Origin: Octopus bimaculoides
Lineage: Eukaryota
Direction: 5' to 3'
DNA: 36,896 nucleotides
Assembly: GCF_001194135.2 (NCBI RefSeq)
Contig: NC_068985.1
Span: 46,108,073 to 46,144,968, forward strand
Part shown: positions 11,328-23,576 of the stretch, one piece after another
Position numbering within the stretch: the stretch's first letter is position 1
How the letters are laid out: each line of letters starts with the position of its first letter
Made by a program: the position numbers and the translations under genes
The notes under the pieces: generated by a model
Database searches by the model: none
Told to the model about the DNA's origin: nothing
The model's input: only the letters and a program-made list of their open reading frames with translations

Positions 11328-13136
11328 GTCTGTCTACCTGTCTGTCCGTTTGTCCTTTCACCTACTTTACATACGCACCCAAACTCATAAAGTGGACGCC
11401 GCTTAATGTAATCACGATGTTACCAAACAGCTATTGTAGTAACTAACTAACGAGTCCCATACACGTTTGAGGTATTATGATGGTATCCTGTTTAATATTA
11501 TCAGCTGGGTATTTAGAAGGTTCCATCGTACGCACACGCGCTCACGCACACACGCACACGCACACGCACACATCTATATATATATATATAGAGAGATATC
11601 TATATATATCTATATAACTATAGATATATAGATACAGACGAAGGAAACAACTTTTAAACAACAACAACAACAAACAAAAACATCATCGTCGCCGACCTGA
11701 TCAACACGTACAAATAACAACAACAAGAGCAACCACGACGACAACAATAACAATAGTGGCCAACTAATAAATCTTGATAACAACAGCAAGTTTGTGAAAG
11801 TTGGAGAGTGGAAGGCTGGAACGAAAGAAAAAAACAGATAGATACTTGTTGATAAGTATCTGGTTTTATATTCATCCATTCACCTAACCATCTATCTTCG
11901 TGTCTTCCTCTCCCTTCTCTCTCTCTCTCTTTCCATGTATGTGTATGAGTGTGAGTGTATATATATATATATATATATATTTTACCTAGTACTATATGTA
12001 CAAGTATATAAATAAATACTCATATGTATATATACAAACTCATGCATACATACATATATATATATATATATATACACAATCTGACTGACTGACAAAAGTT
12101 TGTTGGCAATAACAGCCCCCCCCCCCGCCAAATACAAGCACACCGTTACCGTACAACATCACATCAACACATCTTTTTTATACACCCTCATATACAAAAC
12201 TTATCCAGGAATTGACTTATGATGTGCGATATGAAAACGGTTTTGAGGTGGATTCTTTAACGAAATTTGGACAACAATCGAAAGAAGAAGAAAAAAAAAA
12301 ACATTTGGATTTTACGTATCACGAAAGAACGAACCTCCATAACAGAACACACATATATATATATATCTATGTATATATGGATATGATTTGAAAAGTTGGA
12401 AAGTTTCGTTTTTCTGAAAAAAAGGATTAAAAATTCAAGCGAGAGATCAACGGATTACTTTTTATTTGTTTTTTTTTACATAGGGAGAGAAGAGATTAAA
12501 AGAAATTAAAAAGAAAAGGATGAAATTACACTGGAATTTTTACTTTAAAACTGGAGCAATAATGCATCGTATTGGATTATAAATAATCTACCATGGATTT
12601 ATTTACCTGAATGAATTATTAACTCTTGGTGAAACACACGCACACACACACCTAATATATTCACAGAATTACATACATGCATACATTTATTTAGACACAT
12701 GCACATGCTTATAGGCTGTATGTTATAACACATTTTTAATGTGTGGTGTGTGTGTATGCGTGTGTAGACAGAAATACAGATCAAATATTAATATACATGC
12801 TTTCGCCGTGTGTATTACATATATATATATATATAAGTTATTTTTTTTCTTGTTTGTTTTTCTAGTCGTCTTTTCTTCTTTTTGCTCAAGGAAGGAAATA
12901 GCTTTAATAAGCATTATGTAGAATCACACACACGCATACACACACACACACGCATACACACACATGCACGCATACACACATACGGAAACACGCACATAGT
13001 CAAACGCACGCACGCACACACACATACACGCACACATTCACAAACATACACGCTTGCACGCGTTAAAGTTTAGAAAACACCAGTAAAAACTGCATCATCT
13101 CACCCACATCTTGTTTCTATTTCTTTCTAAGCCCAT

Positions 13137-13456
13137 CATCATCATCATCATCATCATCATCATTATCATCATCATCATTATCATCATCATCATCATCATC
13201 ATCATCTAAACACACACACACACATGTTTATAGCGTATCAGAATGAGAAAAAAAAATGTAATTTTTATTACATGTATATCTAATTAATCAATGATTAAAT
13301 CGTTCAGTTAATTAACTAACTAATCAATCATTGTTTTATTTTTCTACATAATTGTTGTTGTTGATATAAAGTATTTGTTTTGTAAATGTTATTGTCAGTA
13401 GCACCACCACCACCACCACCACCACCACTATCATCATCATCATCATCATCATCATC
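13137..13456. repeat. (CAT)n at 13137-13205 and (CAC)n(CAT)n at 13403-13456
   Basis: Read directly. Confidence 0.9.
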
Positions 13457-13875
13457 GTTTTTATCATTGCTGTCATCATCGTCGTCATTGTCATTTTCTT
13501 TTTTTCATTAACTTCCTCGTCGTTCTTATAATTTCATTTATTTCCAAACTTTCACCAACCATCTAACCAACCAGCCGGCAAACCATCCAGCCGACCCACC
13601 AACTAAAACTTCTACAACTGACACGCTCATACACACATTACACAATTCATGTACACATATGTACAAACATATTTCACTATGTTTGTTTACACACACACGT
13701 ATATGCATATATGTATTTCTTTATCTATTTATTAAAATAGAAAAATAAAAAGGAAAATATATAAATAAATGAATAAATAAAGCAGCTACCTTTCATCCTC
13801 TCCGTTTCTCTCAGTCATACACCCCTATTCCCTCTCCTATCCTTTTCCGTCGCCTCTTTACCAACTCGTGGTCAG

Positions 13876-14019
13876 AAATGGCCCCTTTCTGTGACAATCT
13901 ATTTCCAAAGTACCCGATTCGAATCACTGCTTGGATATGTACCCTAGTTGTGGTGATATAGAGATACTGCATCGATTTTTCCGTGCTTCGAAAGTGAAAT
14001 GGATTTTGTCATTCTCAAA
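13876..14019 (+). other. Candidate exon (5'UTR or first coding exon; possible start M-D-F-V-I-L-K)
   Basis: A pyrimidine-rich tract precedes CAG at 13873-13875 and a consensus donor AAA|GTGAGT sits at 14020. The sequence does not resemble the repeats seen in this window. All three frames contain a stop, so it cannot be an internal coding exon. Confidence 0.25.
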
Positions 14020-14550
14020 GTGAGTACCTCAAGACCTATATATTCAGACTGTGCATGTATAGTTGTTTATATGTTTGCGTATTTACTTGTTGTTTATCTA
14101 TTTTGTTGATCACTTTGATATTGTATTTCGTAAATTTAATTTCAAGAATGCAATTAATGATTCATGTAAGACTGTAATACCAATAATATTCCTTGTATTG
14201 AAGTGATTATAACTCCTTACCAGTCCCAAATACTTTTCATAAGTTTGTCCTAAATGTCCATGCTTCTTTTCGGACATTTTAGTTAGCCCTTGTGTCATAA
14301 AGCTTTCTTTTCAGAAGTCCCAAGGTACCTTATGATTAAAAAAAAAAGAGTAATATATATATGTGATGCATGGACATCATGGAAATATGGCCCGTATATC
14401 ACATATAAATAATACACTTTTAGTTTCATCTTAATTTAGTCTGACCTCGTCTGCAGAGCATTATCGAAAGAAATCAATAGTTATTTGGCATCACTTGCTT
14501 TTATCATCTGTTCGTCGGTTGGTTGAAACGATTGACACTTCGCATTTGCA

Positions 14551-14732
14551 ATTTCGGCGGAGATAAAGAATACGCACACCACTCGTTTTCGGCGTCAGAA
14601 AAACCCTAACCCTGATCTTAATCTTAACCATAAACACCGGGTGTGCGTATTCTTTACCTTCGCCGTAATTTCTTCAGAAATCTGGTAGAAAAAAAAAAAT
14701 GAATGAGGGAGGGGTCCGAACCCTTTCCTACT
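14551..14732 (+). mobile_element. Non-autonomous Helitron/Helentron-like element
   Basis: Inverted arms 14551-14580 and 14641-14670 flank AACCCTAACCCTGATCTTAATCTTAACC. It ends in a GC-rich hairpin GGGAGGGGT-CCGA-ACCCTTTCC followed by TACT. The superfamily call is an inference. Confidence 0.55.
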
Positions 14733-14744
14733 GTAAGGATATTT

Positions 14745-15083
14745 CTATTTTGTAACCAAACAAGGCGGTGATAGTGGATTTCCCTCGATGGACGGGGAGA
14801 ATTCAGTTGTTCAATAAAATTGAATACCCTACTACCGATTTAGCGTGTAAGTAACTGAGCATTTCATCGCAGGCATGTACCCCTCGGGCAGAATCACTGT
14901 GACGCCGTGTAACAAGGATGTGTTTTTTTAAAATTACATGTACAATCTACCTAGTCTCACTCGCAAGGTATGGATTGTCAGAGGTTATAAAAAAAAAAAT
15001 GACTATCACACATGATGCCACGCATTGAAATCGACCTCGGGATCTCATGGTTGCGAATGAAACTTTAAATCATTCGGCTACTC
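14745..15083 (-). mobile_element. Old mosaic SINE: family-A-type head joined to family-B-type body
   Basis: The reverse complement of about 14945-15083 aligns with the family A 5' half (CAACCA...TGCGTGGCA...TATA-CCTC...CCTTG-GAGTG...GGTAGA). 14790-14940 aligns with the reverse complement of 5630-5780. Confidence 0.7.
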
Positions 15084-15247
15084 TGCTGCTACCAAACAAG
15101 ATTAACCTGCAGTGAAAGAAAGGGCTAGAACGACTTAAAGAAAATATCATTGCCTGAAATGTAGCGTAATCAAACACTCGTCTGTTTATTGTTGTTTAGC
15201 CTTAGTTCATATTTGATCCCACAGACATATATAATAAAAGACGTTCG

Positions 15248-15346
15248 AGTAGGAAAGGGTTTGGACCCCTCCCTCATTCATTTTTTTTTCTACCAGATTT
15301 CTGAAGAAATTACGGCGAAGGTAAAGAATACGCACACCCGGTGTTT
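15248..15346 (-). mobile_element. Second, inverted copy of the 3' 100 bp of the 14551-14732 element
   Basis: Reverse complement equals 14632-14732 except for one substitution in the hairpin loop and an A-run 2 nt shorter. Confidence 0.9.
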
Positions 15347-15554
15347 GTTTTATTTCAGACATATTATCTGTTCAGGACACTACTATCTTCAATCCATTTT
15401 GTTTTGCTGCTATTTCTAGCTGATACAACGACTACAGAAGAAGGTTCCTGGTTTGGCTCGAATACACACACCCCTTGTCAGTTGACAGTGTTCATTATAA
15501 CTATAATAAGAGCGATCTTTTTGTACATAAGACGGAAAAAACTTGTAGGGATAG

Positions 15555-15863
15555 TTTGGTCGATTAATTCAACCCCAGCTCAAGACAGGTACTTTATTTT
15601 ACGATCTCAGAGGCATGGAAGGCCAGTGTTGGTTGACTTCAGCGAGAGTTGAACTCGGACCGTAAAGTTTCGGAAGAAATACCGTTCTAACGATTCTACC
15701 AATCCAACATTCTAATTTGCTCCACTGATACAGTAATTTGTCAGATACTTTTTATTTTGTCGACCCTAGAAAAAGAAGACAAAGGCAAAGTTAACTTTGG
15801 TAGGATTTGAACGTGAAACTTAGAGAACAAGAACAAATATAGCCACGCTCCAACGATTCTACC
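15555..15863 (-). mobile_element. Two adjacent diverged SINE family C copies (about 15555-15700 and 15741-15863)
   Basis: Both reverse complements begin GGTAGAATCGTT and contain a GTTCAA B-box-like segment and AAATAAAGTACC-like sequence. Confidence 0.7.
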
Positions 15864-16433
15864 CGAACGATGCAATAATGTAGGGGTGTTCGTTATATGG
15901 CCATAATAGTCTCGTACATTAAGTACAAGGTCACACGTATGCAGGGGAAGGCGGTGTACAGTAAACGATGACGATGACGATGACGACGATGACGAAGGCG
16001 ATTAGATTCTACGAAATTTATAGAACCGACTGAGAGATCCGGACCAGCAAGTGTAGTTGTATCTCCTCCGTCACGATTCTCTCAAGAGCTTGATAAAACG
16101 TATATATCAGTTTATATATCACTATATAATAAAAGCCGATACATGTAACTATTGGTTGGTTGCCTGGTTGAATGATTTAGAGAGAGAGTGAGAAGTGGGA
16201 GAGTAACGGAAATACGAAGAGAATTAGCATAATAGATGCAAGATAAGTGTCTTGAAACTCTCTGAAAAATACGCATTTTTTTAACGAAATTTTGAAGAGG
16301 TTGGTTTTCGATGGCATAAATTGCGATTACGTAGACAAAATTTAGTAGAATAATATATATATTTATTGCAAGTGTACGAATGACAAATTTGCTTTGTTTA
16401 ATTTAATTTTAAGGTAATAAATATTTTTCTTTT

Positions 16434-16538
16434 GAAAATTGCTATTCGTTTCATTATTTTATATAAGCATCAAAAAATTTGATAAATGTTAAATTATAAT
16501 TATTGTCTGTATGCCGTATTTCCTGATATTACCCCCGG
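16434..16538 (+). mobile_element. Unclassified dispersed repeat, direct copy of 145-250
   Basis: GAAAATT...TTCAT-ATTTTATATAA-CA-CAA-AAATTTGATAAA...GTTAAA-TATAATTATTGT...ATTTCCTG-TATTACCC is shared by both. Confidence 0.75.
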
Positions 16539-16747
16539 TATCAAGAGTACGTCCAAAGTTGCCTGTCATATGACGGTGTATGCAGATTTTTGGAATGGTT
16601 ATCACTTACATTATAGGGGATAAAAAAGACAGAATTTGAGAGAGGAAACGTATAAAAAAAATTTTGATTCTTTTGTACGTATTCTTGCTCACTTCTTTCC
16701 CCATCATGTTTTCCGAATCTCCGTCGTATCATCGATATGTACATCGA

Positions 16748-16837
16748 CTCTTTACGTTCTGAGTTCAAATCCCGCCGAGGTCAACTTTATCCTGCATTCC
16801 CTCAAAATTGCTGGCCTTGTGTCAGAATTAGAAACAT

Positions 16838-16878
<41 letters not shown>
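16748..16878 (+). mobile_element. Internally deleted SINE family C with (ATT)n tail
   Basis: TTTACGTTCTGAGTTCAAATCCCGCCGAGGTCAACTTT joins directly to CCCTCAAAATTGCTGGCCTTGTG; (ATT)n at about 16839-16877. Confidence 0.85.
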
Positions 16879-17898
16879 GTGAGTTCAAACCAGGTCAAAG
16901 TCAGTTTGGCATACCTACAGAAGGGTGTCCCCCTCACCCCCGATTTCTGAAAGTTATGAGGAAACAAAGTCGGTGTATGTGTGTGTGTGTGTGTGTGTGG
17001 ATGGGGGCACTCTTGTGTAGGCATGCCGTCAATTTTGCCCTTCTGTTCTTCTGTGTCTATAAAATAAATACTTAATCAAGTTCTATAAACCGATGTGATC
17101 GACCAATCCTCTTCCCCGTATATGTCTGACTTTGTGCCTCTGTTAGGAACCCAGCAGAGAATATCAGAAAGGGAAATAGACAGAGAGATAGCATAACGAG
17201 AGAGCTAGAGAAACAAAACTAGAGAGAGAGGGGGGAGAGAGACAGACAGAGAGAAAGAGAGAGAGGGAGAGAGAGACAGACAGAGAAAGAGAGAGAAAGA
17301 GAGAGAATAATGTTTTTCAGTGTTTTCTGTCTCCAGGTAGTTATCAAGTTCAAATGTCGCTGGATCCGACATTAGCTTAGCTTAACAGAATCGGTTTCGA
17401 TTCAGACAAAATTTCTGCGATTTTTTGGTCACGGTTATTGGCGATCCTTCGATATTGGTCTATAGTATCGTCACTCGCCTTCTTTTTCAGCCTAGGCTCT
17501 TTATCTATGTCATGAGGGAATGTTGTGTGGGTGAATAACGTCATGTATCAATACCGAAGAATTGCCTGATTATTTAATGTTTTAAGGATTCATTTGCTGT
17601 ATCTTATATAAGTCGAATGTAGACTGGCATTGATTACCTTGAGATCCATGGTAAAATGTTCATTCCCAGTTGCAGCCCCTTATTGAAAATGGACGTCTGA
17701 ACACCACGGCTGTATTCGGTTTTCTCTCAAAAAGCACATTTTTTTCCGTATGTAATTAAAAATAAAAAGAGTTAAGCTTATTAATTTAATTAATTGTGTG
17801 GCTGAGACGGACTATATGTAATCTGAACCTCCCCGCCTTATTTATTTATGTTTTTTTTTTACGGAATCCCACGTTTTAGGCTATGGAGATTCCGATTC

Positions 17899-18500
17899 TG
17901 AAAAAAATTTTCAAAAATCTCAAATTCAAAATATCGTTTCNNNNNNNNNNNNNNNNNNNNNNNNNNNNNNNNNNNNNNNNNNNNNNNNNNNNNNNNNNNN
18001 NNNNNNNNNNNNNNNNNNNNNNNNNNNNNNNNNNNNNNNNNNNNNNNNNNNNNNNNNNNNNNNNNNNNNNNNNNNNNNNNNNNNNNNNNNNNNNNNNNNN
18101 NNNNNNNNNNNNNNNNNNNNNNNNNNNNNNNNNNNNNNNNNNNCCAAGCAGGCTATTTACATGCTAGAAATAACAGCCAAATCTCACAAAACTGCGATAA
18201 CATAAAGCAAGAAATGTGTAATCAATCTTTCTGCAGAGATTTCTTTCAGAGTAATTTCCCGCAGGGTTAGGGTTAGGGTAAACCTAACCCTAACTCAAAA
18301 CCTAACCCTAACCCCGACCCTAACCCTAACCCCGTTTGCCAAAGCGCATTTTTTCCTTCATATTTATTTCATATAAGGTGCACTTCAACTACTACACTAT
18401 TTTTTTTTTCACTTTTTCCACCGGGTGTGGATCTATATAAAAACCGGGGGGAGGGGGGAATCAAAATTTTGAATTTGAGATTTTTGAAAATTTTTTTTCA
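17899..18500. mobile_element. Inverted-repeat element containing telomere-like repeats (partly in a gap)
   Basis: 17899-17932 is the reverse complement of 18466-18500 (one indel). (GGGTTA)n at 18263-18278 abuts (CCTAAC)n at 18283-18333. Confidence 0.65.
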
Positions 18501-18674
18501 TTGTGTCAGTAATAGCGAACATCAGGATGTGAATCTTGGTTGATCAAATTTAAGATTCCGAACTATATAATATTTTCAATTAAGTTCTTACTGTTAGATG
18601 GTTAGAACTTAGTTATTATTTCCCCCCCATACTCTTGGAGGAGTCACCACACTGTTCCGATTCTTATTTAGCCC

Positions 18675-18882
18675 TTTCGTAAGCTTGTCCTAAACGTTTA
18701 TGCTTCTTTTCAGGCTTTTAATTAATTAACTCTTGCTTCATACGTCTTGAGTAATATAAAGAAAGCTTTCATTTCGTAAGTCATAAGTTACTCAGTTAAA
18801 AAAACAAAAACAAAACAAAAAATAAAAATATGTATCATACATGATACTTAGACGCCTTGGAAATATACCTGGCGTATCACAT
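18675..18882 (+). mobile_element. Unclassified dispersed repeat, direct copy of 14235-14404
   Basis: Colinear blocks TTTC-TAAG-TTGTCCTAAA-GT--ATGCTTCTTTT, AAGCTTTC-TTTC--AAGTC and TGGAAATAT...TATCACAT. Confidence 0.7.
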
Positions 18883-19139
18883 GATACACAGGGCAGGTTA
18901 AAGAGATAAATTCGAGCCATTATTTTGAAAGGATCATTTTCTTAAAATTCTATTTTTGGAGTTTTCCATTCCTCTTTTAGCCAACGCTGTTAAAAGAAGT
19001 ATTGGGAAATTATTAACATTATTTCATTTATAACAGAGACTTACTACAAAAACCAAAATTGCATCAATATTAATTATAATAAAATAATGATTTCTAAAAT
19101 AGGCTAAAACAGTACACGTTTTAGGGATGCATAGGTGTA

Positions 19140-19195
19140 ATCGATCCCGAAAGGATGAATGGTAAAACCAACCTCGCTGAGATTTGAACTCAAAA
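19140..19195 (-). mobile_element. SINE family C fragment
   Basis: ATCGATCCCGAAAGGATGAATGGTAAAACCAACCTCGCTGAGATTTGAACTCA is the reverse complement of the family C core. Confidence 0.7.
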
Positions 19196-19299
19196 TTTAA
19201 GTAGTACCAAGCTGAAATCTTTCATTCTCACACTCGCCAATTTACCAGGAACATACATACATACATACATACATACACATACATATATTATATGTATCC

Positions 19300-19375
<76 letters not shown>

Positions 19376-19889
19376 GTATGTATAGGAGTGTGCGTGTTAT
19401 ATGTGTGATTGCGTCCTACCCCCATGTAGTGTTTATATAATTCTTCGACATATACGTATGCCCATATATGTAATACGCTTTGCTAAACACAGGGTTTTTG
19501 GTACGTGAGTGCAGGGGCAGCTGTTTTACCCTAAATAATTTATACACGCGCGCGCACACATCCGTAACTATATGCTTGGAAAATATTACCGTTATTATGC
19601 ACATACTTTAAATCTTAGCCAAAAAGTCGAAAATGTATGCATATATGTATGTGTGTGTGTGCGTGTGTATTAATGCGTCTATATGTACATGCGGGTAAAT
19701 ATATATATATATTATATTTATGCATGTATATTTGTATACATATATGTATAAATTTATATATATATATATGTGTGTGGGCGTGTATGCATGTATATATATA
19801 TATATATACACATGTATACTTATCAAGTATGTTTACGTATTTTTCACTCGTTGGTGATGTCCTATACACATTGTGTATTTTTCATTATG

Positions 19890-19922
<33 letters not shown>

Positions 19923-20872
19923 NNNNNNNNNNNNNNNNNNNNNNNNNNNNNNNNNNNNNNNNNNNNNNNNNNNNNNNNNNNNNNNNNNNNNNNNNNNNNN
20001 NNNNNNNNNNNNNNNNNNNNNNNNNNNNNNNNNNNNNNNNNNNNNNNNNNNNNNNNNNNNNNNNNNNNNNNNNNNNNNNNNNNNNNNNNNNNNNNNNNNN
20101 NNNNNNNNNNNNNNNNNNNNNNNNNNNNNNNNNNNNNNNNNNNNNNNNNNNNNNNNNNNNNNNNNNNNNNNNNNNNNNNNNNNNNNNNNNNNNNNNNNNN
20201 NNNNNNNNNNNNNNNNNNNNNNNNNNNNNNNNNNNNNNNNNNNNNNNNNNNNNNNNNNNNNNNNNNNNNNNNNNNNNNNNNNNNNNNNNNNNNNNNNNNN
20301 NNNNNNNNNNNNNNNNNNNNNNNNNNNNNNNNNNNNNNNNNNNNNNNNNNNNNNNNNNNNNNNNNNNNNNNNNNNNNNNNNNNNNNNNNNNNNNNNNNNN
20401 NNNNNNNNNNNNNNNNNNNNNNNNNNNNNNNNNNNNNNNNNNNNNNNNNNNNNNNNNNNNNNNNNNNNNNNNNNNNNNNNNNNNNNNNNNNNNNNNNNNN
20501 NNNNNNNNNNNNNNNNNNNNNNNNNNNNNNNNNNNNNNNNNNNNNNNNNNNNNNNNNNNNNNNNNNNNNNNNNNNNNNNNNNNNNNNNNNNNNNNNNNNN
20601 NNNNNNNNNNNNNNNNNNNNNNNNNNNNNNNNNNNNNNNNNNNNNNNNNNNNNNNNNNNNNNNNNNNNNNNNNNNNNNNNNNNNNNNNNNNNNNNNNNNN
20701 NNNNNNNNNNNNNNNNNNNNNNNNNNNNNNNNNNNNNNNNNNNNNNNNNNNNNNNNNNNNNNNNNNNNNNNNNNNNNNNNNNNNNNNNNNNNNNNNNNNN
20801 NNNNNNNNNNNNNNNNNNNNNNNNNNNNNNNNNNNNNNNNNNNNNNNNNNNNNNNNNNNNNNNNTATATATG

Positions 20873-20926
<54 letters not shown>

Positions 20927-21154
20927 TATATGTATACATGTATATATATATATACATGTATACGTATATATGTATGTATATATGTATAGATAGATAGATA
21001 GATGACAGACAGATCAAATCTCGTACAAGGAATTAGCAAGAGAAATCACATATGGATGTACGGTGTATGTTTGTTATGCATGCTTGTCTAAAATATTAAC
21101 TTGTTGAGTGTCTGTGAAAGTTTGACCATCTGCAGAGTATATGAGAACATTTTC

Positions 21155-21198
<44 letters not shown>

Positions 21199-22703
21199 GT
21201 ATAAACGCTTCTTTTGTAGTGCGAAATGCGCGTGTGCATGCATACACAGATGTGGACACTCACACACCCTAATGGAGTTCTAATGATGTTTTCTTTTATT
21301 GTTTGATCTTTCACTGTCTGAGAAATATTCCGTCAAGGAGTAACTAGTCTTGTAGAAACCTGGTCGATGGCTACGGTGATGGACAGTGTGACGTTCATAC
21401 TTTTCCTAAAGGCATTAATATCGAAATAATTTAATTTGCAATGAAGAAATAACTGTGGTAAATTCTATATCGCCCATTACCCATAAAGACACGTATATAT
21501 ATATCTTAGCATAATTAAAATTATTTATGTTCTGTGCAGACCTCTGTTATTTTCAACACATGCACAAGCAAACCGATGTCGTTTCCATCCAGACTTATAA
21601 CGTTCATGTGTGTGTGTGTATATATGTATATGTGCAGGCGTATGTGTTCGCGCTCACTTCACCACACACATACACGCACGCGCACGCACTCATACACACA
21701 CCTGTATGCCTGATGGATAAAGTTCTTTCATTACTTCCTTGCTGGTACAATGCAATCACTTATAAAGAAAGTACATGAAATAACTGTAAGACACACACAC
21801 ACACACACACACACAAATACACACGGAGAGAGGGAAGGAGAGAAGGAGGGAGAGAGAGAGAGATAGATAGAGGGAGAGAGAGATGGGGAAAGGGAAGAGA
21901 TAGCGAAAGACCGAGTGTCATAGATGAATGAAATAGAATGTAGAGATTGTGTGAATCGTCTTTGTCGCTGAATTTGGTAGCAACAACAGCAAGGAGTCAT
22001 CTAAGGAAACCTAGACGTGGCTTGCTTTAACTGCTAAAAATCGTAGCTTAACATTTCTCAACTGACATTACTATCTTAAAAAAAAAGGAAGGACCTCTGT
22101 GCTTTCTTAGACATTGGATATCTAGGACAGTGATGTGATACTAGATACACTAATCCTAAGAATAAACAGTATTATCACTGCTGGGGACCTTTAAAAAACT
22201 AAAGACGTTTTCAGTAAACACCTGTTGTAATAACGACTTCTTTCTCTTTTACAAAGCTGGTTTTGTGTCAGTAAACAAATGTATAGAAGATTGGTAGTAT
22301 ATAACTGGTATATTTGATTGATTCTAAACGAAGGATGAGCAAAATTGACCGTCGATTGTAGCTGTGAAACGGCTTTGTATATTTATGTTTTTGGTGAGCA
22401 AAAATATGATATTTCGGGATTTATGTTTTCTCCATGGCATGAAATGGTTTCAATCATTCTGATCTTTATTTGCTGTAATGTTATCCCTTATCTCTTCAAA
22501 TGTTTAAGTTTCCATGAGGAGTGACATTTTGTTCTAAAGTTCTTAGATGGTGAATGAACGCTAGTCCGAAACGTTCGATTGTTTCACATCTCATGGCAAT
22601 TAAAGTAACCGATACCTAATTACAAACTCATAGATTTGAATTAGGATCTTTGTGGGTTTCATCACTGTTTACAATTATCTTTAAAAAAATTTCTTAATGT
22701 ATA

Positions 22704-22874
22704 GGCGCAGGAGTGGCTGTGTGGTATGTAGTTTGCTTACCAACCACATGGTTCCGGGTTCATTCCCACTGCGTGGCACCTTGGGCAAGTGTCTTCTACT
22801 ATAGCCTCGGGCCGACCAAACCCTTGTGAGTGGATTTGGTCGACGAAAACTGAAAGAAGCCCGTCGTATATATG

Positions 22875-22905
<31 letters not shown>

Positions 22906-23119
22906 ATATATGTTTGTGTGTCTGTGTGTCCCCAACATCGCTTGACAACCGATGGTGGTGTGTTTACGTCCCCGTAACATAGCGGTTCGGCAAAAAGAGA
23001 CCGACAGAATAAGTACTAGGCATCCAAAGAATAAGTTATGGGGTCGATTTGCTCGACTAAAGGCGGTGCTCCAGCATGGCCGCAGTCAAATGACTGAAAC
23101 AAGTAAAAGAGTAAAAGAG
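22704..23119 (+). mobile_element. SINE family A, full length (tRNA-derived head, central microsatellite, AAAAGAGT tail)
   Basis: A box TGGCTGTGTGG at 22714-22724, B box GGTTCATTCCC at 22757-22767, (TA)/(TG) core, GTAAAAGAGTAAAAGAG tail. Several other full or partial copies occur in the window. Confidence 0.96.
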
Positions 23120-23271
23120 TATCATATAGATGTAATTCGTGACATTAAATCCGAGTTTGTTATACATTTATTCTCGGAAAATTTTGCAAAAATGTTACAG
23201 GTATTCAAAGTTTAATCATTTTCAGAATTTTCAGCCATCAGAGGAGGGTGTGGGGTCGGCATGTCAAAACA

Positions 23272-23419
23272 TTAACGCTTTGAACTCGTAACACCGGTTT
23301 ACCGGTGAATGGCTTATCTCTCTCTCTCAATATCGTAGCACCGTTCTAGCGGTGGAGTGTGTCTGGAAGCCAGGTATATGGTCAAATCAGGTTCAGGAGA
23401 TCAGGACTCCAAGGGTTAA
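23272..23419. mobile_element. Possible piggyBac-type MITE relic
   Basis: TTAACGCTTTGA ... TCCAAGGGTTAA (10/12 inverted match including TTAA). Confidence 0.3.
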
Positions 23420-23576
23420 ACTAAGATCTTATAAAATAAATTATTTTTTTCTCGTATCTCCTTCTCCTCCTCGTGCGCATGCGCAGCATCTTTGCATACT
23501 GTGGAAACAGTTCTTCGTCGCAATCAGCTATGCAACATGCGGTGCTTCTTTGCTTTGATTACTATGGAAATAACAA

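Noticed and set aside
11700-11840. Asn-rich frame ending KFVKVGEWKAG, reminiscent of receptor VGEW motifs
   Set aside because: It is bounded by in-frame stops, has no convincing splice sites, and the Asn run comes from an (AAC)n repeat.
12601-12630. Minus-strand donor CAG|GTAAAT with a possible micro-exon
   Set aside because: The acceptor context is TG repeat rather than a pyrimidine tract; such motifs occur by chance.
22535-22585. CTTAGATGG...CCGAAACGTTCG, Penelope hammerhead-like
   Set aside because: The CUGA box is broken and no stem I or II pairing is evident.
22704-22770. tRNA genes at SINE heads (also 5448, 27544, 28776)
   Set aside because: A and B boxes are present, but the sequences continue into SINE bodies and tails (two with clear TSDs) and no complete cloverleaf is evident.
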